DNA of 64,000 nucleotides from Clostridia bacterium (GTDB lineage: Bacteria > Bacillota > Clostridia > UMGS1883): the NCBI GenBank assembly GCA_017411435.1, contig JAFQQD010000014.1, positions 20,783 through 84,782 on the forward strand. Reading direction: 5' to 3'. Positions within the stretch are counted from its first letter, which is position 1. Each line of letters starts with the position of its first letter. This document shows positions 1 to 9,467 of this stretch, piece after piece. A program made the translations under genes and the position numbers. The notes below the pieces were generated by a model, which was not told the DNA's origin, did not search any database, and saw only the letters and a program-made list of their open reading frames with translations.

Positions 1-1
1 A

Positions 2-532
2 AAAGCAAGCGAAGGTATCAACGACCCCAAGGTAGCCGAAATTGCTCTCCGTGCTGCAAAAGAGGCTATGAATGTTGTTCGTGACGAAAACAAGATTCTT
101 CCCCTTAAGGAAGGTACAAAGGCGCTCTTTGTATATCAGATTAACCCCGTTCACGAAAGAACAAATACTCAGAGTTGTAATCCTGCAACTCCCTGGCTTG
201 AAATGCTCAAGTATTCTGACGATGTATTCTGCGTGGAAGCAAAGATGAGCTACCCCGAGGAAGACAGAAAGAGAGTATACGAAAGACTTGATGAAGCAGA
301 TGTTATCATCGTGACAAACTACTTTGACAGAAGAAATCCCGACAGCGGTAACAGCTTTGTTAAGGAGCTTCACGAAAAGTCCGGTAAGCCCGTTATCGTT
401 GTAACAAACTCTCCCTATCAGTTCACAATTCTTGATGAGTACAAGACAGTTATCTGTACATACAGCTCTTCAGTTGAAAGCTTCAAGGTACTTGCAAATA
501 CTATCTTCAAAGGTGATGGTAATGTCAGATAA
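2..532 (+). CDS. GH3-family glycoside hydrolase (beta-N-acetylhexosaminidase-like), C-terminal part; 5'-truncated by the window
   Basis: Frame open from base 2 (KASEGINDPKVAEIALRAAKEAMNVVRDENKILPL). The 'v.d...lLPL' and 'pvivv.nsPY' patterns are typical of GH3 C-terminal domains. Confidence 0.7.
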   Translation, partial: KASEGINDPKVAEIALRAAKEAMNVVRDENKILPLKEGTKALFVYQINPVHERTNTQSCNPATPWLEMLKYSDDVFCVEAKMSYPEEDRKRVYERLDEADVIIVTNYFDRRNPDSGNSFVKELHEKSGKPVIVVTNSPYQFTILDEYKTVICTYSSSVESFKVLANTIFKGDGNVR

Positions 533-1337
533 GAAGTTTTTCATCGGTGTTGACTCTGACGGTACAGCGTTTGACAGTATGACCATAAAGCATACTGACT
601 CCTTCATCCCCGCTATGTTTGAGGTGTGGGGACTTCAGGGTATCCGCGCGAGAGTTACCGAAATTGAACAGTATATCAATCTTTATTCAAAGGACAGGGG
701 GGTAAACCGCTTCCCCGGACTTCTGATGACATTTGAAAAAATGATTGAAGAGGGTATCTTTGATAAAGATGTAAGTGACCTTGATGCATTCGTAAAATCC
801 GGCAGAGGTTTTTCAACCAAAGCTCTTGAAGATTTTATCGCGGAAACAGGAAGCGAATTCTTAAAGGAAGTTCTCGCGTGGAATAATCTCTCAGACGAAC
901 TCTTTGCGAAAAACTGTAAGGATATTCAGCCATTCAAATTTGTAAAGGAATCACTTTCAAAAGCGCAGGATAAAGCCATAGTCGGTGTTATTTCCTCCGC
1001 TACAAAGGAAGGCCTTGAAACCGACTGGAAAGGCGGCGGTATCGCGCAGTACGCATCGGTTATCCTCGGTAAGGAAAACGGAAGCAAAAAGGAGCAGTTA
1101 AAATCAGAAGCTGACGGCAAGTACGATAAGGAAAAAATCCTTATGATTGGCGATGCTATCGGAGATTTAGAGGCTTCAAAAAGCATAGGCGCACTTTTCT
1201 ACCCCATTATCGCAGGCGAGGAAGAGGCATCATGGGAAAAGTTTTATAACGAAGCCCTTGATATCTTCTTTGACGGTAAATATGCAGGCGAATACGAAAA
1301 GTCGCTCATTGACGCATTTTATAAAAGGTTTGAATAA
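522..1337 (+). CDS. HAD-superfamily hydrolase/phosphatase
   Basis: DSDGT motif I, MIGDAIGD motif IV. Likely start ATG 522 after aaggtga, overlapping the upstream stop. Confidence 0.85.
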   Translation: MSDKKFFIGVDSDGTAFDSMTIKHTDSFIPAMFEVWGLQGIRARVTEIEQYINLYSKDRGVNRFPGLLMTFEKMIEEGIFDKDVSDLDAFVKSGRGFSTKALEDFIAETGSEFLKEVLAWNNLSDELFAKNCKDIQPFKFVKESLSKAQDKAIVGVISSATKEGLETDWKGGGIAQYASVILGKENGSKKEQLKSEADGKYDKEKILMIGDAIGDLEASKSIGALFYPIIAGEEEASWEKFYNEALDIFFDGKYAGEYEKSLIDAFYKRFE

Positions 1338-1341
1338 CAGA

Positions 1342-1376
1342 AAGAGGAAATCCTATTTCAGGGGTTTCCTCTTTTT
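1342..1376 (+). terminator. Rho-independent terminator
   Basis: aagaggaaatcct...ggggtttcctct stem followed by a T-tract after the HAD gene. Confidence 0.75.
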
Positions 1377-1503
1377 ATCTGTATTGATTCTATGCAATAT
1401 TTTGGTGTCTTGCGATAATATTTTAGGTTGACACACCATGAAAAAGTTTTATAATAAAATTAAAGGAAACTACAGACAAAAGGTCTTAAAAGGAGTGCTT
1501 AAA

Positions 1504-3561
1504 ATGCCCCATTATTCAAAAAATGCAGAAATTTTTGCATGGATGCCCCTTCTGGGATTTGACAAGGACAAAAGGGACAAGGGTGTAGGTCAGCTTGTAA
1601 AAAGAATGGGATTTACCCCCCATGCAGTGTCAGTTTTTCTGTGCCATCCTGATATAGTTCATCATCATGATGGTGTAAAAAAGGTGCGTCAGCTCCCTCC
1701 TGACAACTGCTCCTATCACGCTAACCCTTATAATGAGGAGCGCCGCCGCCAGGACTGGACGAACAAGGACTTAAAGTGCCTTGCAGACAACCTCAGGAAA
1801 AAGGGGATTGAGTCATACCTTGGAATTATGGGCATTGACTTTTTCAATGCGCATCATCAGGAATGGCTCTATGACCATACTGAACTGAAAGCACATTTGC
1901 GTAATATAAAATGGTCGCTTAATGTTCTCAAACGGTTTAAGGATGGTACTTATTACGAGGACTTTTTCATAGATAAGCTCTGTCAGACTCTTTCGGATTA
2001 TGGCTTTGACGGAGTGCATGTTACCGATAATTTCTGCCCCAGCGGAGGCGGATGCAATGAGTTTTCCTGCGATATGGTGGGGCAGTTTTATGACTATCTG
2101 GGACAGGATATGCCAGATGAATTAAAAGCACTGAACGATGAAAGTGAGGAGCATATAAATCTGCGCGGAGACTGGATTTATAAAAATGTGCGTAAAGAGT
2201 GGATTGAATTTTTTGCGTGGCGTTGGGAGCAGTTCTGGAAGAAAATCTGTGACAGACTTCATGCTATCGGCAAGAAAGCATTCGTTCTCGGCTCATATTG
2301 CACAGATCCCTTTGCAACCCTTTTCTTAAAGGGTGTTGACCTTCGCCGTATTGTAAATGCGGGCGTTGACTACCTTATGACAAATGCCTATGCAAATGCA
2401 TCAACTATGAGGCATGCAGGCCGTCCGTGGTCTTATTATGAACATTCTTCAATTTGCTTACTTATTGATGCACATACCGATAAGGGTAAGAAACTGCAGA
2501 TGCTTGGTGTAAAGGATGTCAGCGAGGAATGGGATGTTCTTCACCACGCACCAACATTGCTTGAGCGTGATATCACATATATGTCAGGCTATCACAGGCA
2601 GACAGAGAAGGAATATAAGCACAGCCTTGACGGATTTCTTGTGTGCCTTTCAGACGGAATCTATGCCGATGAATGGGAATGGCTCCGTCAGCGGTTTGAT
2701 GTAGGATTCAAGGATTCTCCCGAAAAATATATTTCCCCGTCACTTGTCTGGTCAGATACGGCGCACTATGCAATTCTTCCCGAATACCTGAAGACACGCC
2801 GTTACACTGCGCATAAGTGGATGAGTGCACTTGACTGGGAGGGCGCAAACACCGGCTCTGTTGTAAGAAGCGAAAATATAAATGAAAACAGCGGTGACCT
2901 TTTTGTCCCCAATTTCGATTTGCTTTCTGAGGAGGAGCAGAAGTTCCTTGCCGCATACAAGGGCGGAAGCGTTATTGCAACTGCATCAAAGATGGGAGAT
3001 TTTTCTCCTGAAAAGCTGGGCATAAATCCCGATATTTATTTTGAGGACCACGATACACCGTTTATAAATATGGCGTTTGCCTATAATATGGATATTAACG
3101 ATAAAAGGGCTATTTTAGATTTGGTGCGCGAGGATGATGATACCCCTGTTATAGAGGATGTTACAAAGGTTGACGACAGTATCAACACCGTAAGCACTCA
3201 GCTTTCTTATCAGAAGGTTTCAAGCGGTTTTCGGAAAGCCCTTGCAAAGCTTCTTAAAAACAACACCGAAAAGATTTTTGAGGCAAGCCATCCCGTGATT
3301 GCTATGAAAATGAAGGACGGAGCATTGCGCGTATATGTTATGAACAATGACCGTTTGCGCTACGCTCCTGCGACAATTACTGTAAAAAACGGCGATATTG
3401 AAAAAGTAAATGTTGTCAGCAAATTCCCCGTCCTTCCGGTGAAGTTCTCCGATGAAAAGGTATTTTCTTTCCAGGCGCAGGATTATCCGGGTGAGGAACA
3501 CACTTTCCGCGTGCTTACACCTCAGGGCGGTGTTTCGGTTGTTGACATCTATCTTAAGTAA
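1504..3561 (+). CDS. Hypothetical protein, probable glycoside-hydrolase-like TIM barrel
   Basis: Long ORF with RBS aaggag before ATG 1504. YGFDGVHVTDNF and W/F-rich helix resemble uncharacterised GH-like barrels; sugar-locus context. Confidence 0.5.
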   Translation: MPHYSKNAEIFAWMPLLGFDKDKRDKGVGQLVKRMGFTPHAVSVFLCHPDIVHHHDGVKKVRQLPPDNCSYHANPYNEERRRQDWTNKDLKCLADNLRKKGIESYLGIMGIDFFNAHHQEWLYDHTELKAHLRNIKWSLNVLKRFKDGTYYEDFFIDKLCQTLSDYGFDGVHVTDNFCPSGGGCNEFSCDMVGQFYDYLGQDMPDELKALNDESEEHINLRGDWIYKNVRKEWIEFFAWRWEQFWKKICDRLHAIGKKAFVLGSYCTDPFATLFLKGVDLRRIVNAGVDYLMTNAYANASTMRHAGRPWSYYEHSSICLLIDAHTDKGKKLQMLGVKDVSEEWDVLHHAPTLLERDITYMSGYHRQTEKEYKHSLDGFLVCLSDGIYADEWEWLRQRFDVGFKDSPEKYISPSLVWSDTAHYAILPEYLKTRRYTAHKWMSALDWEGANTGSVVRSENINENSGDLFVPNFDLLSEEEQKFLAAYKGGSVIATASKMGDFSPEKLGINPDIYFEDHDTPFINMAFAYNMDINDKRAILDLVREDDDTPVIEDVTKVDDSINTVSTQLSYQKVSSGFRKALAKLLKNNTEKIFEASHPVIAMKMKDGALRVYVMNNDRLRYAPATITVKNGDIEKVNVVSKFPVLPVKFSDEKVFSFQAQDYPGEEHTFRVLTPQGGVSVVDIYLK

Positions 3562-3575
3562 AGGGGACCTTTCTC

Positions 3576-4478
3576 GTGATAGAGCGCAAATTACTTGAAA
3601 AACTTGAATTTGAAAGTGAAGATATTGATTATATCATTAAGTGCGACAAACGGTATGGAAGCAAGATTTCTCCTCTTTCTTCAGAGTTTATGAAGAGTGA
3701 AAAATCAGAAAATGAGAGAAGAGCATTTTCTTCCGAGCTGGTACAAAAGGCAGTAGATACCGCACCCGATTTTGATAATCCTTATATTTTAAGACTTTTA
3801 TTCTGGCTTTATTGCATCCCGTATGCAAAAGAGCATTATAAAAAGAAAAACATAAGTGAAGAAATCTTTTTTGATACAATGAAGGACCTTTCCTGTAAAA
3901 CGCACGAGTGTAAAGAAGTATTTGGAAAGACAGGCATTTACTATCCGTATTTTTACCTGCATTTTGGGTGCGTATATTTTGCTCTCGGCCGTCTTCAGTT
4001 CTGTATTGATACATACGCTCACGACACATACTCATCAGGCGGATATGTTATAAATAAAGGAGACCGCATATATTCCTGCCACATACCTTCAGGGGACAGG
4101 CTGACAGAGGAAAAATGTATGCAGTCGCTTCAAAGAGCATATGAGTTCTTTAAGCCTGAACTTAAAGGAAATATTCTTCCCGTTATATGTACTTCATGGC
4201 TCTTGTACCCTCCTTACATAGAGCGCGTTTTTCCCAAGGGCTCGAATATGGAGAAGTTTGCAAAATTATTCGACATAACGGGGCAGTACGAAACCGGTAG
4301 AAGATTTACCGAATGTGAGAGGATTTTCGGTGTTGCTTTTGAGGGTAGCACAGAAAATTTCCCGTGTGATAATTCCCTCAGAAGAAATATGATTGAGTAT
4401 ATGAATTCAGGAAGACTTTCAGGGCATGGTATAGGGATAATTTTATATGACGGCATAAAAAGAGAAATAGTAAGATAA
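3576..4478 (+). CDS. Acyltransferase-domain (DUF5596/GNAT-like) protein
   Basis: LGRLQF, HIPSG and CTSWLL motifs; GTG start after ggggac. Confidence 0.75.
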   Translation: MIERKLLEKLEFESEDIDYIIKCDKRYGSKISPLSSEFMKSEKSENERRAFSSELVQKAVDTAPDFDNPYILRLLFWLYCIPYAKEHYKKKNISEEIFFDTMKDLSCKTHECKEVFGKTGIYYPYFYLHFGCVYFALGRLQFCIDTYAHDTYSSGGYVINKGDRIYSCHIPSGDRLTEEKCMQSLQRAYEFFKPELKGNILPVICTSWLLYPPYIERVFPKGSNMEKFAKLFDITGQYETGRRFTECERIFGVAFEGSTENFPCDNSLRRNMIEYMNSGRLSGHGIGIILYDGIKREIVR

Positions 4479-4494
4479 AATTTGAGGTTGAGTG

Positions 4495-4523
4495 TTGAAA
4501 ATTGCTGGTTAAGATGTTATAAT
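4495..4523 (+). promoter_or_regulatory. Sigma-A promoter of cupin gene
   Basis: TTGAAA-17 bp-TATAAT with extended TG. Confidence 0.65.
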
Positions 4524-4544
4524 AGCTCTGTAAGAGGTGATTGT

Positions 4545-4889
4545 ATGTATAAGAAAATCGAGCAGTGTAACACAGATATAAAATACAACAATATAGGCAA
4601 GGAAAAAATGTTTATGACTGACCTTGCGGATTTTGATATCAAGGATGAGCGTGTAAGGCTTTTTTCTCTCGTACAGGTAAAACCGGGCGAGGAAGTGGAG
4701 TACCATATGCATGTCGGCGAGAGTGAAAATTATGTAATTCTTGCAGGAAAAGGCCTTTACAACGATAACGGAAACAAGGTTGAACTTGAAGCAGGTATGG
4801 TGACATATACTCCATCGGGACAGGGACATTCCTTCAAAAATACCGGCGATGAAATGCTTGTTTTTGTTGCTATGATTCTTGCTGATTAA
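4545..4889 (+). CDS. Cupin-domain protein
   Basis: H-x-H-x4-E (HMHVGESE) and G-x5-P-x-G-x-x-H motifs; RBS gaggtg. Confidence 0.9.
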   Translation: MYKKIEQCNTDIKYNNIGKEKMFMTDLADFDIKDERVRLFSLVQVKPGEEVEYHMHVGESENYVILAGKGLYNDNGNKVELEAGMVTYTPSGQGHSFKNTGDEMLVFVAMILAD

Positions 4890-4936
4890 AATATTTTCGT
4901 CTTAACAGGGTATACTACCTGTGAGGTGATTTTATT

Positions 4937-5065
4937 ATGAAAAAAGATAAAGAGGCCGGAAAGGAAAAAACTGCAACAAATAATCAGTGGATATCTACAG
5001 GTCTGGTCCGCCCGACAGATAAAAAAGTCAGAAAAGACGGCCCCGGCGGAGAAGACGCAAAATAG
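4937..5065 (+). CDS. Small 42-aa protein (not in ORF track)
   Basis: RBS gaggtg; MKKDKEAGKEKTATNNQWISTGLVRPTDKKVRKDGPGGEDAK; followed by a terminator. Confidence 0.55.
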   Translation: MKKDKEAGKEKTATNNQWISTGLVRPTDKKVRKDGPGGEDAK

Positions 5066-5101
5066 AGAGTTTTGTTACATCAAAAAGGAGAAATCGATTA
5101 A

Positions 5102-5379
5102 AGCGGCGTTCACATAGGGATTATTTGTCCAAAAATAGTGATTTTGGCGTATAACTGCGTTAAAAATGCTTGTAATCCGTCAGGATAACTTCACATTTTT
5201 GCCTTGTTCTACATCCAAACTTACTATTTTTTTAGATGCTTCGCAGTTTTAGAATAGAGATTTTTCGTTTAAGACAAGAAACAAAAATGGCGGAATACTT
5301 GCGTATTTCGCCGTTTTTTTGCGTAGTATTAACGGAAAAGATCAGTCTAAAACCAATTCATCCCTATATGAACGCCGCT
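5102..5379. mobile_element. MITE-like element (278 bp) inside a terminator hairpin
   Basis: Terminal inverted repeats agcggcgttca(c/t)atagggat (19/20). Flanks aaaaaggagaaatcgatt / aatcggtttctcctttttt rebuild a terminator. Confidence 0.6.
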
Positions 5380-5401
5380 AATCGGTTTCTCCTTTTTTTC
5401 T

Positions 5402-5494
5402 GTATACGAAATTGAGTGTTTTTATCGCGAGCGACATTTGTTGGTTTTAAGTTTGGTTGAGACGCGAAATGGGTGAAGCGGCGCGCTTCTTTTT
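5402..5494. repeat. ~93-bp dispersed repeat, inverted copy of 37772-37864
   Basis: Manual alignment gives about 13 mismatches in 93 bp with no gaps. Confidence 0.8.
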
Positions 5495-5581
5495 AAGTTT
5501 ATCTGTCTTAATCCTAGGTTTCGGGACAGAGATTTCGTTGAAAAAGAGTTTCAAAAATTCCATATAGTTATGATAATTCCA

Positions 5582-5610
5582 TTTACTTGAAGAAGACAGT
5601 TATGTATAAT
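5582..5610 (+). promoter_or_regulatory. Putative sigma-A promoter of the cit-like operon
   Basis: TTTACT-17 bp-TATAAT upstream of citD. Confidence 0.5.
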
Positions 5611-5740
5611 AAAATAGATATAATTAAGAGCCAAATATCAAACTGACATCGAAATCTGAAGCATTGGAATACTAATGCGAATATATCTATATCTCAAAAA
5701 AAGAATTATTTAATAAATTTGACAGAAAGGTGTGTTGTGA

Positions 5741-6037
5741 ATGGAAATCAAACAGGCCGCAATGGTCGGAACACTGGAATCCAGTGATATCCAGATCAGT
5801 ATTTCGCCTAATCCCTCTAAGGGAATCAGTATCGAGCTGCAAAGCGTTGTAAAAGCTCAGTTCGGCGATGCTATTGTTGCAACTATGACTGAGGTTTTGG
5901 AGTCTTTCGGCATTAAAGACGCAATTGTAAACGCTGTGGACAGAGGTGCGCTGGAATGGATTATCCGCGCCAGAATGCAATCTGCTTGCTGCAAAGCCAC
6001 CGGAACACGATTTGACTGGAAGGGGGAGGACAAATAA
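5741..6037 (+). CDS. citD: Citrate lyase acyl-carrier protein (gamma subunit)-like
   Basis: GTLESSD prosthetic-group serine motif; D(R/K)GAL motif. Confidence 0.92.
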   Translation: MEIKQAAMVGTLESSDIQISISPNPSKGISIELQSVVKAQFGDAIVATMTEVLESFGIKDAIVNAVDRGALEWIIRARMQSACCKATGTRFDWKGEDK

Positions 6038-6936
6038 TGCAGACAGCCAAACTTAAAAGAACCTCTCTTTATGTCAGCGGCGCAAGTCCGATTAATATGA
6101 TTCAGGCTGCATTTTATAATGAAGACTGTCTTGTTTACGACCTGGAGGATTCAGTTCCCAATTCGGAAAAGGACGATGCGAGACTCGTTGTGTACAACAC
6201 AGTCCGCTATCACAGACCTGCTAACAAGTATGTTATTATCCGTGTAAACGGCATTTATTCTGAGTACATAGACGAAGATCTGGAGGCAGCCGTTCGCGCA
6301 AATCCCGATGCAATCCGTATTCCCAAGGTGGAATATAAGGAAGAGGTTATCCGTATTTGCCAGCGTATTACCGAAATTGAAAAAGCCGCAGGTATGCAGG
6401 TCGGCAAAATTGAGGTCTGGTGTAATATCGAATCATACCTTGGACTTATCAATGCGTACGAAATTGCAACCGCAGACGAGCGTGTTGTTGCATTGGCACT
6501 CGGTGCAGAGGACTTTACTGCAAGTATGAAGTCTCACCGTACAAAAGAAGGCCTTGAAATATTCTATGCCCGTAACGCACTTCTTACCGCTTGCCGCCAT
6601 GCAGGTGTTGAAGCAATCGATGCGGTATTCTCCGATATCAACGACCTGGAAGGTCTTAAAGAAGATACAGCTCTTACCCGTAACTTGGGTTTTGACGGAA
6701 AAACCTGTGTTCATCCCAGACAGATCGATGTCGTTAATTCTTTCTTCACTCCCAGCAAAAAGGAAATAAAGTACGCACTTCGTGTTCTTCAGGCAGTTGA
6801 AGAAGGAAAGAAACAGAAAAAAGGTGCTGTTACACTCGATGGCAGCATGATAGATAAACCCATGGAGCTTCGTGCAAGAACAACTCTTGCTCAGGCAGAA
6901 GCTGCCGGAATTAATGTAGAGGAGGAGTTACTATGA
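6037..6936 (+). CDS. citE: Citryl-CoA/ACP lyase (beta subunit), CitE/HpcH family
   Basis: DLEDSV, IRVNG, PKVE, GAED, GFDGKTCVHPRQI, DGSMIDKP motifs. Confidence 0.9.
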   Translation: MQTAKLKRTSLYVSGASPINMIQAAFYNEDCLVYDLEDSVPNSEKDDARLVVYNTVRYHRPANKYVIIRVNGIYSEYIDEDLEAAVRANPDAIRIPKVEYKEEVIRICQRITEIEKAAGMQVGKIEVWCNIESYLGLINAYEIATADERVVALALGAEDFTASMKSHRTKEGLEIFYARNALLTACRHAGVEAIDAVFSDINDLEGLKEDTALTRNLGFDGKTCVHPRQIDVVNSFFTPSKKEIKYALRVLQAVEEGKKQKKGAVTLDGSMIDKPMELRARTTLAQAEAAGINVEEELL

Positions 6937-8495
6937 TTAATGCAGTAGGTAGAGAGCTGCCGGAAAAAATCGGCGATTACATAGTAAAGCCTTATGCCGG
7001 AGCAAAAGAGACAATTGATGCAGAAAAGACTGTAGCATCACGCAGGAAGCCTTCTAAGCGTGCTGTAAATGGAACGAAACTTATGCCCGACCTAAAAGAG
7101 GCAATAAAGAAAACAGGCCTTCGTGACGGAATGACAATTTCTTTCCATCACTGTTTCCGAGAAGGCGATTATATAATCGGTCTTGTGCTTTCAGCAATTA
7201 AGGAGCTTGGTATCAAGGGACTTCGTTTTGCTCCCAGTGCGGTTGTAAATATTAAAAATCCCTCTATTGTGGATTTCGTTAAAGACGGTACGATTAACCG
7301 TATTCAGGCAAGCGGTATCCGTGGAGAACTCGGCGATGCAGTAGTTGAAGGACTCGAACTTGCTGAGCCTGTTATACTCCGTCCGCACGGTGCCCGTCCT
7401 CACACTATCGAAACGGGCGACCTTTCAATAGATGTGGCATTCATCGGTGCATCTGCAGCGGATGACTTCGGTAACTGTACCGGACAGGTTGGTCCCAATG
7501 CCTGCGGTTCTCTTGGTTATTCATTTATTGATGCAACCTGTGCCGAAAATGTAGTGGTAATTACTGACAATCTCGTTCCCTATCCCTGTGTGCCCATCTC
7601 AATTTCACAGATGTATGTAGATTATGTGGTAAAGGTTGATCAGATTGGCGATTCAGCAAAGATTGGCGCAGGTGCTGCCCGCAGAACAAAGAATCCGCGT
7701 GACCTTCTGATTGCACAGCGTGCAGCAGATGTTATGGCAGCAAGCCGCCTCTTCAAGGACGGATATTCATTCCAGACAGGCGCAGGTGCAATAAGTATTG
7801 CTTGTACAGACTTCCTGGCTGAACACACGGAAAAAGCAGGAATCGTGGCAAGCTATGCTCTTGGCGGAATGACCGCTAATATAGTTGAAATGCATAAAAA
7901 GGGACTTGTAAATACTCTTTTATGCTCACAGTCTTTTGACGCTGTAGCGGCAAGGGCTATTGTAGAAAACCCCAACATCATTGAAATTGACAATTCAATG
8001 TACGCCAATATGTTTAACAAGAGTTGCGCTCTTGATAAACTCAATTTCGGTGTTTTAGGAGCACTTGAAATCGATGTGGATTTCAATATCAATATCTTAA
8101 CCGGTTCAAACGGTGAGATGATGTCAGGCATCGGCGGAGGTCCCGATGTTGCAGACGGTGCAGATATTTCTATCGTAACACTTCCCATCGTCCGCGGACG
8201 AATTCCCTCTGTAGTAGACAGGGTATTTACCTGCTGTACACCCGGTTCTTCAGTAGCAGTTGTTGTTACCGAAGCGGGCATAGCGCTTAACCCCAAGCAT
8301 AAAAGTTACGAGATGCTCAAGGAAGACCTTCAGAAGGCAGGAATTAAAACAGTATCTATTGAAGAACTTTTGAAAATTGCCTACTCACTTACAGGTGTAC
8401 CCAAGCCCATCGAGACAACTGACAAAATCACCTGTATCGTAGAATACCGTGACGGAACAGTAATCGATGTTATTCGAGAGATTAAAAGAGATTAA
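6933..8495 (+). CDS. citF: Citrate lyase alpha subunit (CoA/ACP transferase)
   Basis: MINAVGRELP N-terminus, GMTISFHHCFREGD, EYRDGTVIDVI C-terminus. Confidence 0.92.
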   Translation: MINAVGRELPEKIGDYIVKPYAGAKETIDAEKTVASRRKPSKRAVNGTKLMPDLKEAIKKTGLRDGMTISFHHCFREGDYIIGLVLSAIKELGIKGLRFAPSAVVNIKNPSIVDFVKDGTINRIQASGIRGELGDAVVEGLELAEPVILRPHGARPHTIETGDLSIDVAFIGASAADDFGNCTGQVGPNACGSLGYSFIDATCAENVVVITDNLVPYPCVPISISQMYVDYVVKVDQIGDSAKIGAGAARRTKNPRDLLIAQRAADVMAASRLFKDGYSFQTGAGAISIACTDFLAEHTEKAGIVASYALGGMTANIVEMHKKGLVNTLLCSQSFDAVAARAIVENPNIIEIDNSMYANMFNKSCALDKLNFGVLGALEIDVDFNINILTGSNGEMMSGIGGGPDVADGADISIVTLPIVRGRIPSVVDRVFTCCTPGSSVAVVVTEAGIALNPKHKSYEMLKEDLQKAGIKTVSIEELLKIAYSLTGVPKPIETTDKITCIVEYRDGTVIDVIREIKRD

Positions 8496-8536
8496 TTAAA
8501 TAAAAATAAAAAATCAAAATTCAGGAGGAAAATGTA

Positions 8537-9442
8537 ATGAACACAATGGAAGAAACAAGAAAATTTTTAGAGACACTCGGTCAGCCCGGAGGAGACCTTT
8601 ATAATCTCCCCGATTCAGAAAAGCGCTTTGACGACGGTTGTCAGTATCGTTTTGAGGTTCCCGGAATTCAGAGCCCCAGCGTTATGAAAGCACTTCTTGA
8701 AGAAGTTGACAGACTTGGCTTCTACATCCACCGCGTAACACAGACAAAGGGTATCTGGACACTTTCAGACGAAGATATCCAGGGTATGGTTGCACTCGCA
8801 AAAGAATATCAGGTAGAACTCGTACTCGCAGTTGGTCCCCGTGCTACAACAGATACAAGTGCATCTGTTAAGAGCCCCGAAGGCGTAAGAATGGGCTACC
8901 GTCTCCGCGGTCAGGACCAGGTAGTAAGAGCAATCGAAGATGTACGCCGTGCAGCTCGTCTTGGCGCTCGTACATTCCTTATCTATGATGAAGGTTGTCT
9001 CTGGGCACTTGGTAAGGCTCGTGAAGCAGGTCTTCTTCCCGAAGATTGTAAGTTCAAGATGTCTGCTCACTCAGGTCACGGCAACCCCTGTAGTGCAAAG
9101 CTCCTTCAGGATATCGGTGCTGACTCATTCAATATCGTGCGTGACTATCAGCTTCAGCATCTTGCAGCAGTTCGTAGCGCTATCGACATTCCGATTGACT
9201 GTCATACAGAAAACCCCACATCTTCAGGTGGTTTCATCCGTCACTACGAAGTTCCCGAAATGATTCGTGTTGCATCTCCCATCTATCTTAAGACAGGTGG
9301 CTCAGTTGCACAGACACACAGCTGGGATTCTACAGAAGCAGATGCTAAGAAGCGTGCTAAGCAGGTTATGCTCGTTAAGCGTGTAATTGATTCTTACTAT
9401 CCCGAAGCAACATACTCACCCAAGGGATCAATCAAGCACTAA
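8537..9442 (+). CDS. U32-peptidase-like TIM-barrel protein of unknown function
   Basis: RFEVPG, IHRVTQTKGI, DEG, ID.HTE and P(I)YLKTG pattern recalls proteins annotated 'peptidase U32'; strong RBS aggagg. Confidence 0.55.
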   Translation: MNTMEETRKFLETLGQPGGDLYNLPDSEKRFDDGCQYRFEVPGIQSPSVMKALLEEVDRLGFYIHRVTQTKGIWTLSDEDIQGMVALAKEYQVELVLAVGPRATTDTSASVKSPEGVRMGYRLRGQDQVVRAIEDVRRAARLGARTFLIYDEGCLWALGKAREAGLLPEDCKFKMSAHSGHGNPCSAKLLQDIGADSFNIVRDYQLQHLAAVRSAIDIPIDCHTENPTSSGGFIRHYEVPEMIRVASPIYLKTGGSVAQTHSWDSTEADAKKRAKQVMLVKRVIDSYYPEATYSPKGSIKH

Positions 9443-9467
9443 TCTCTCAAAGAAAGGGATACATATT

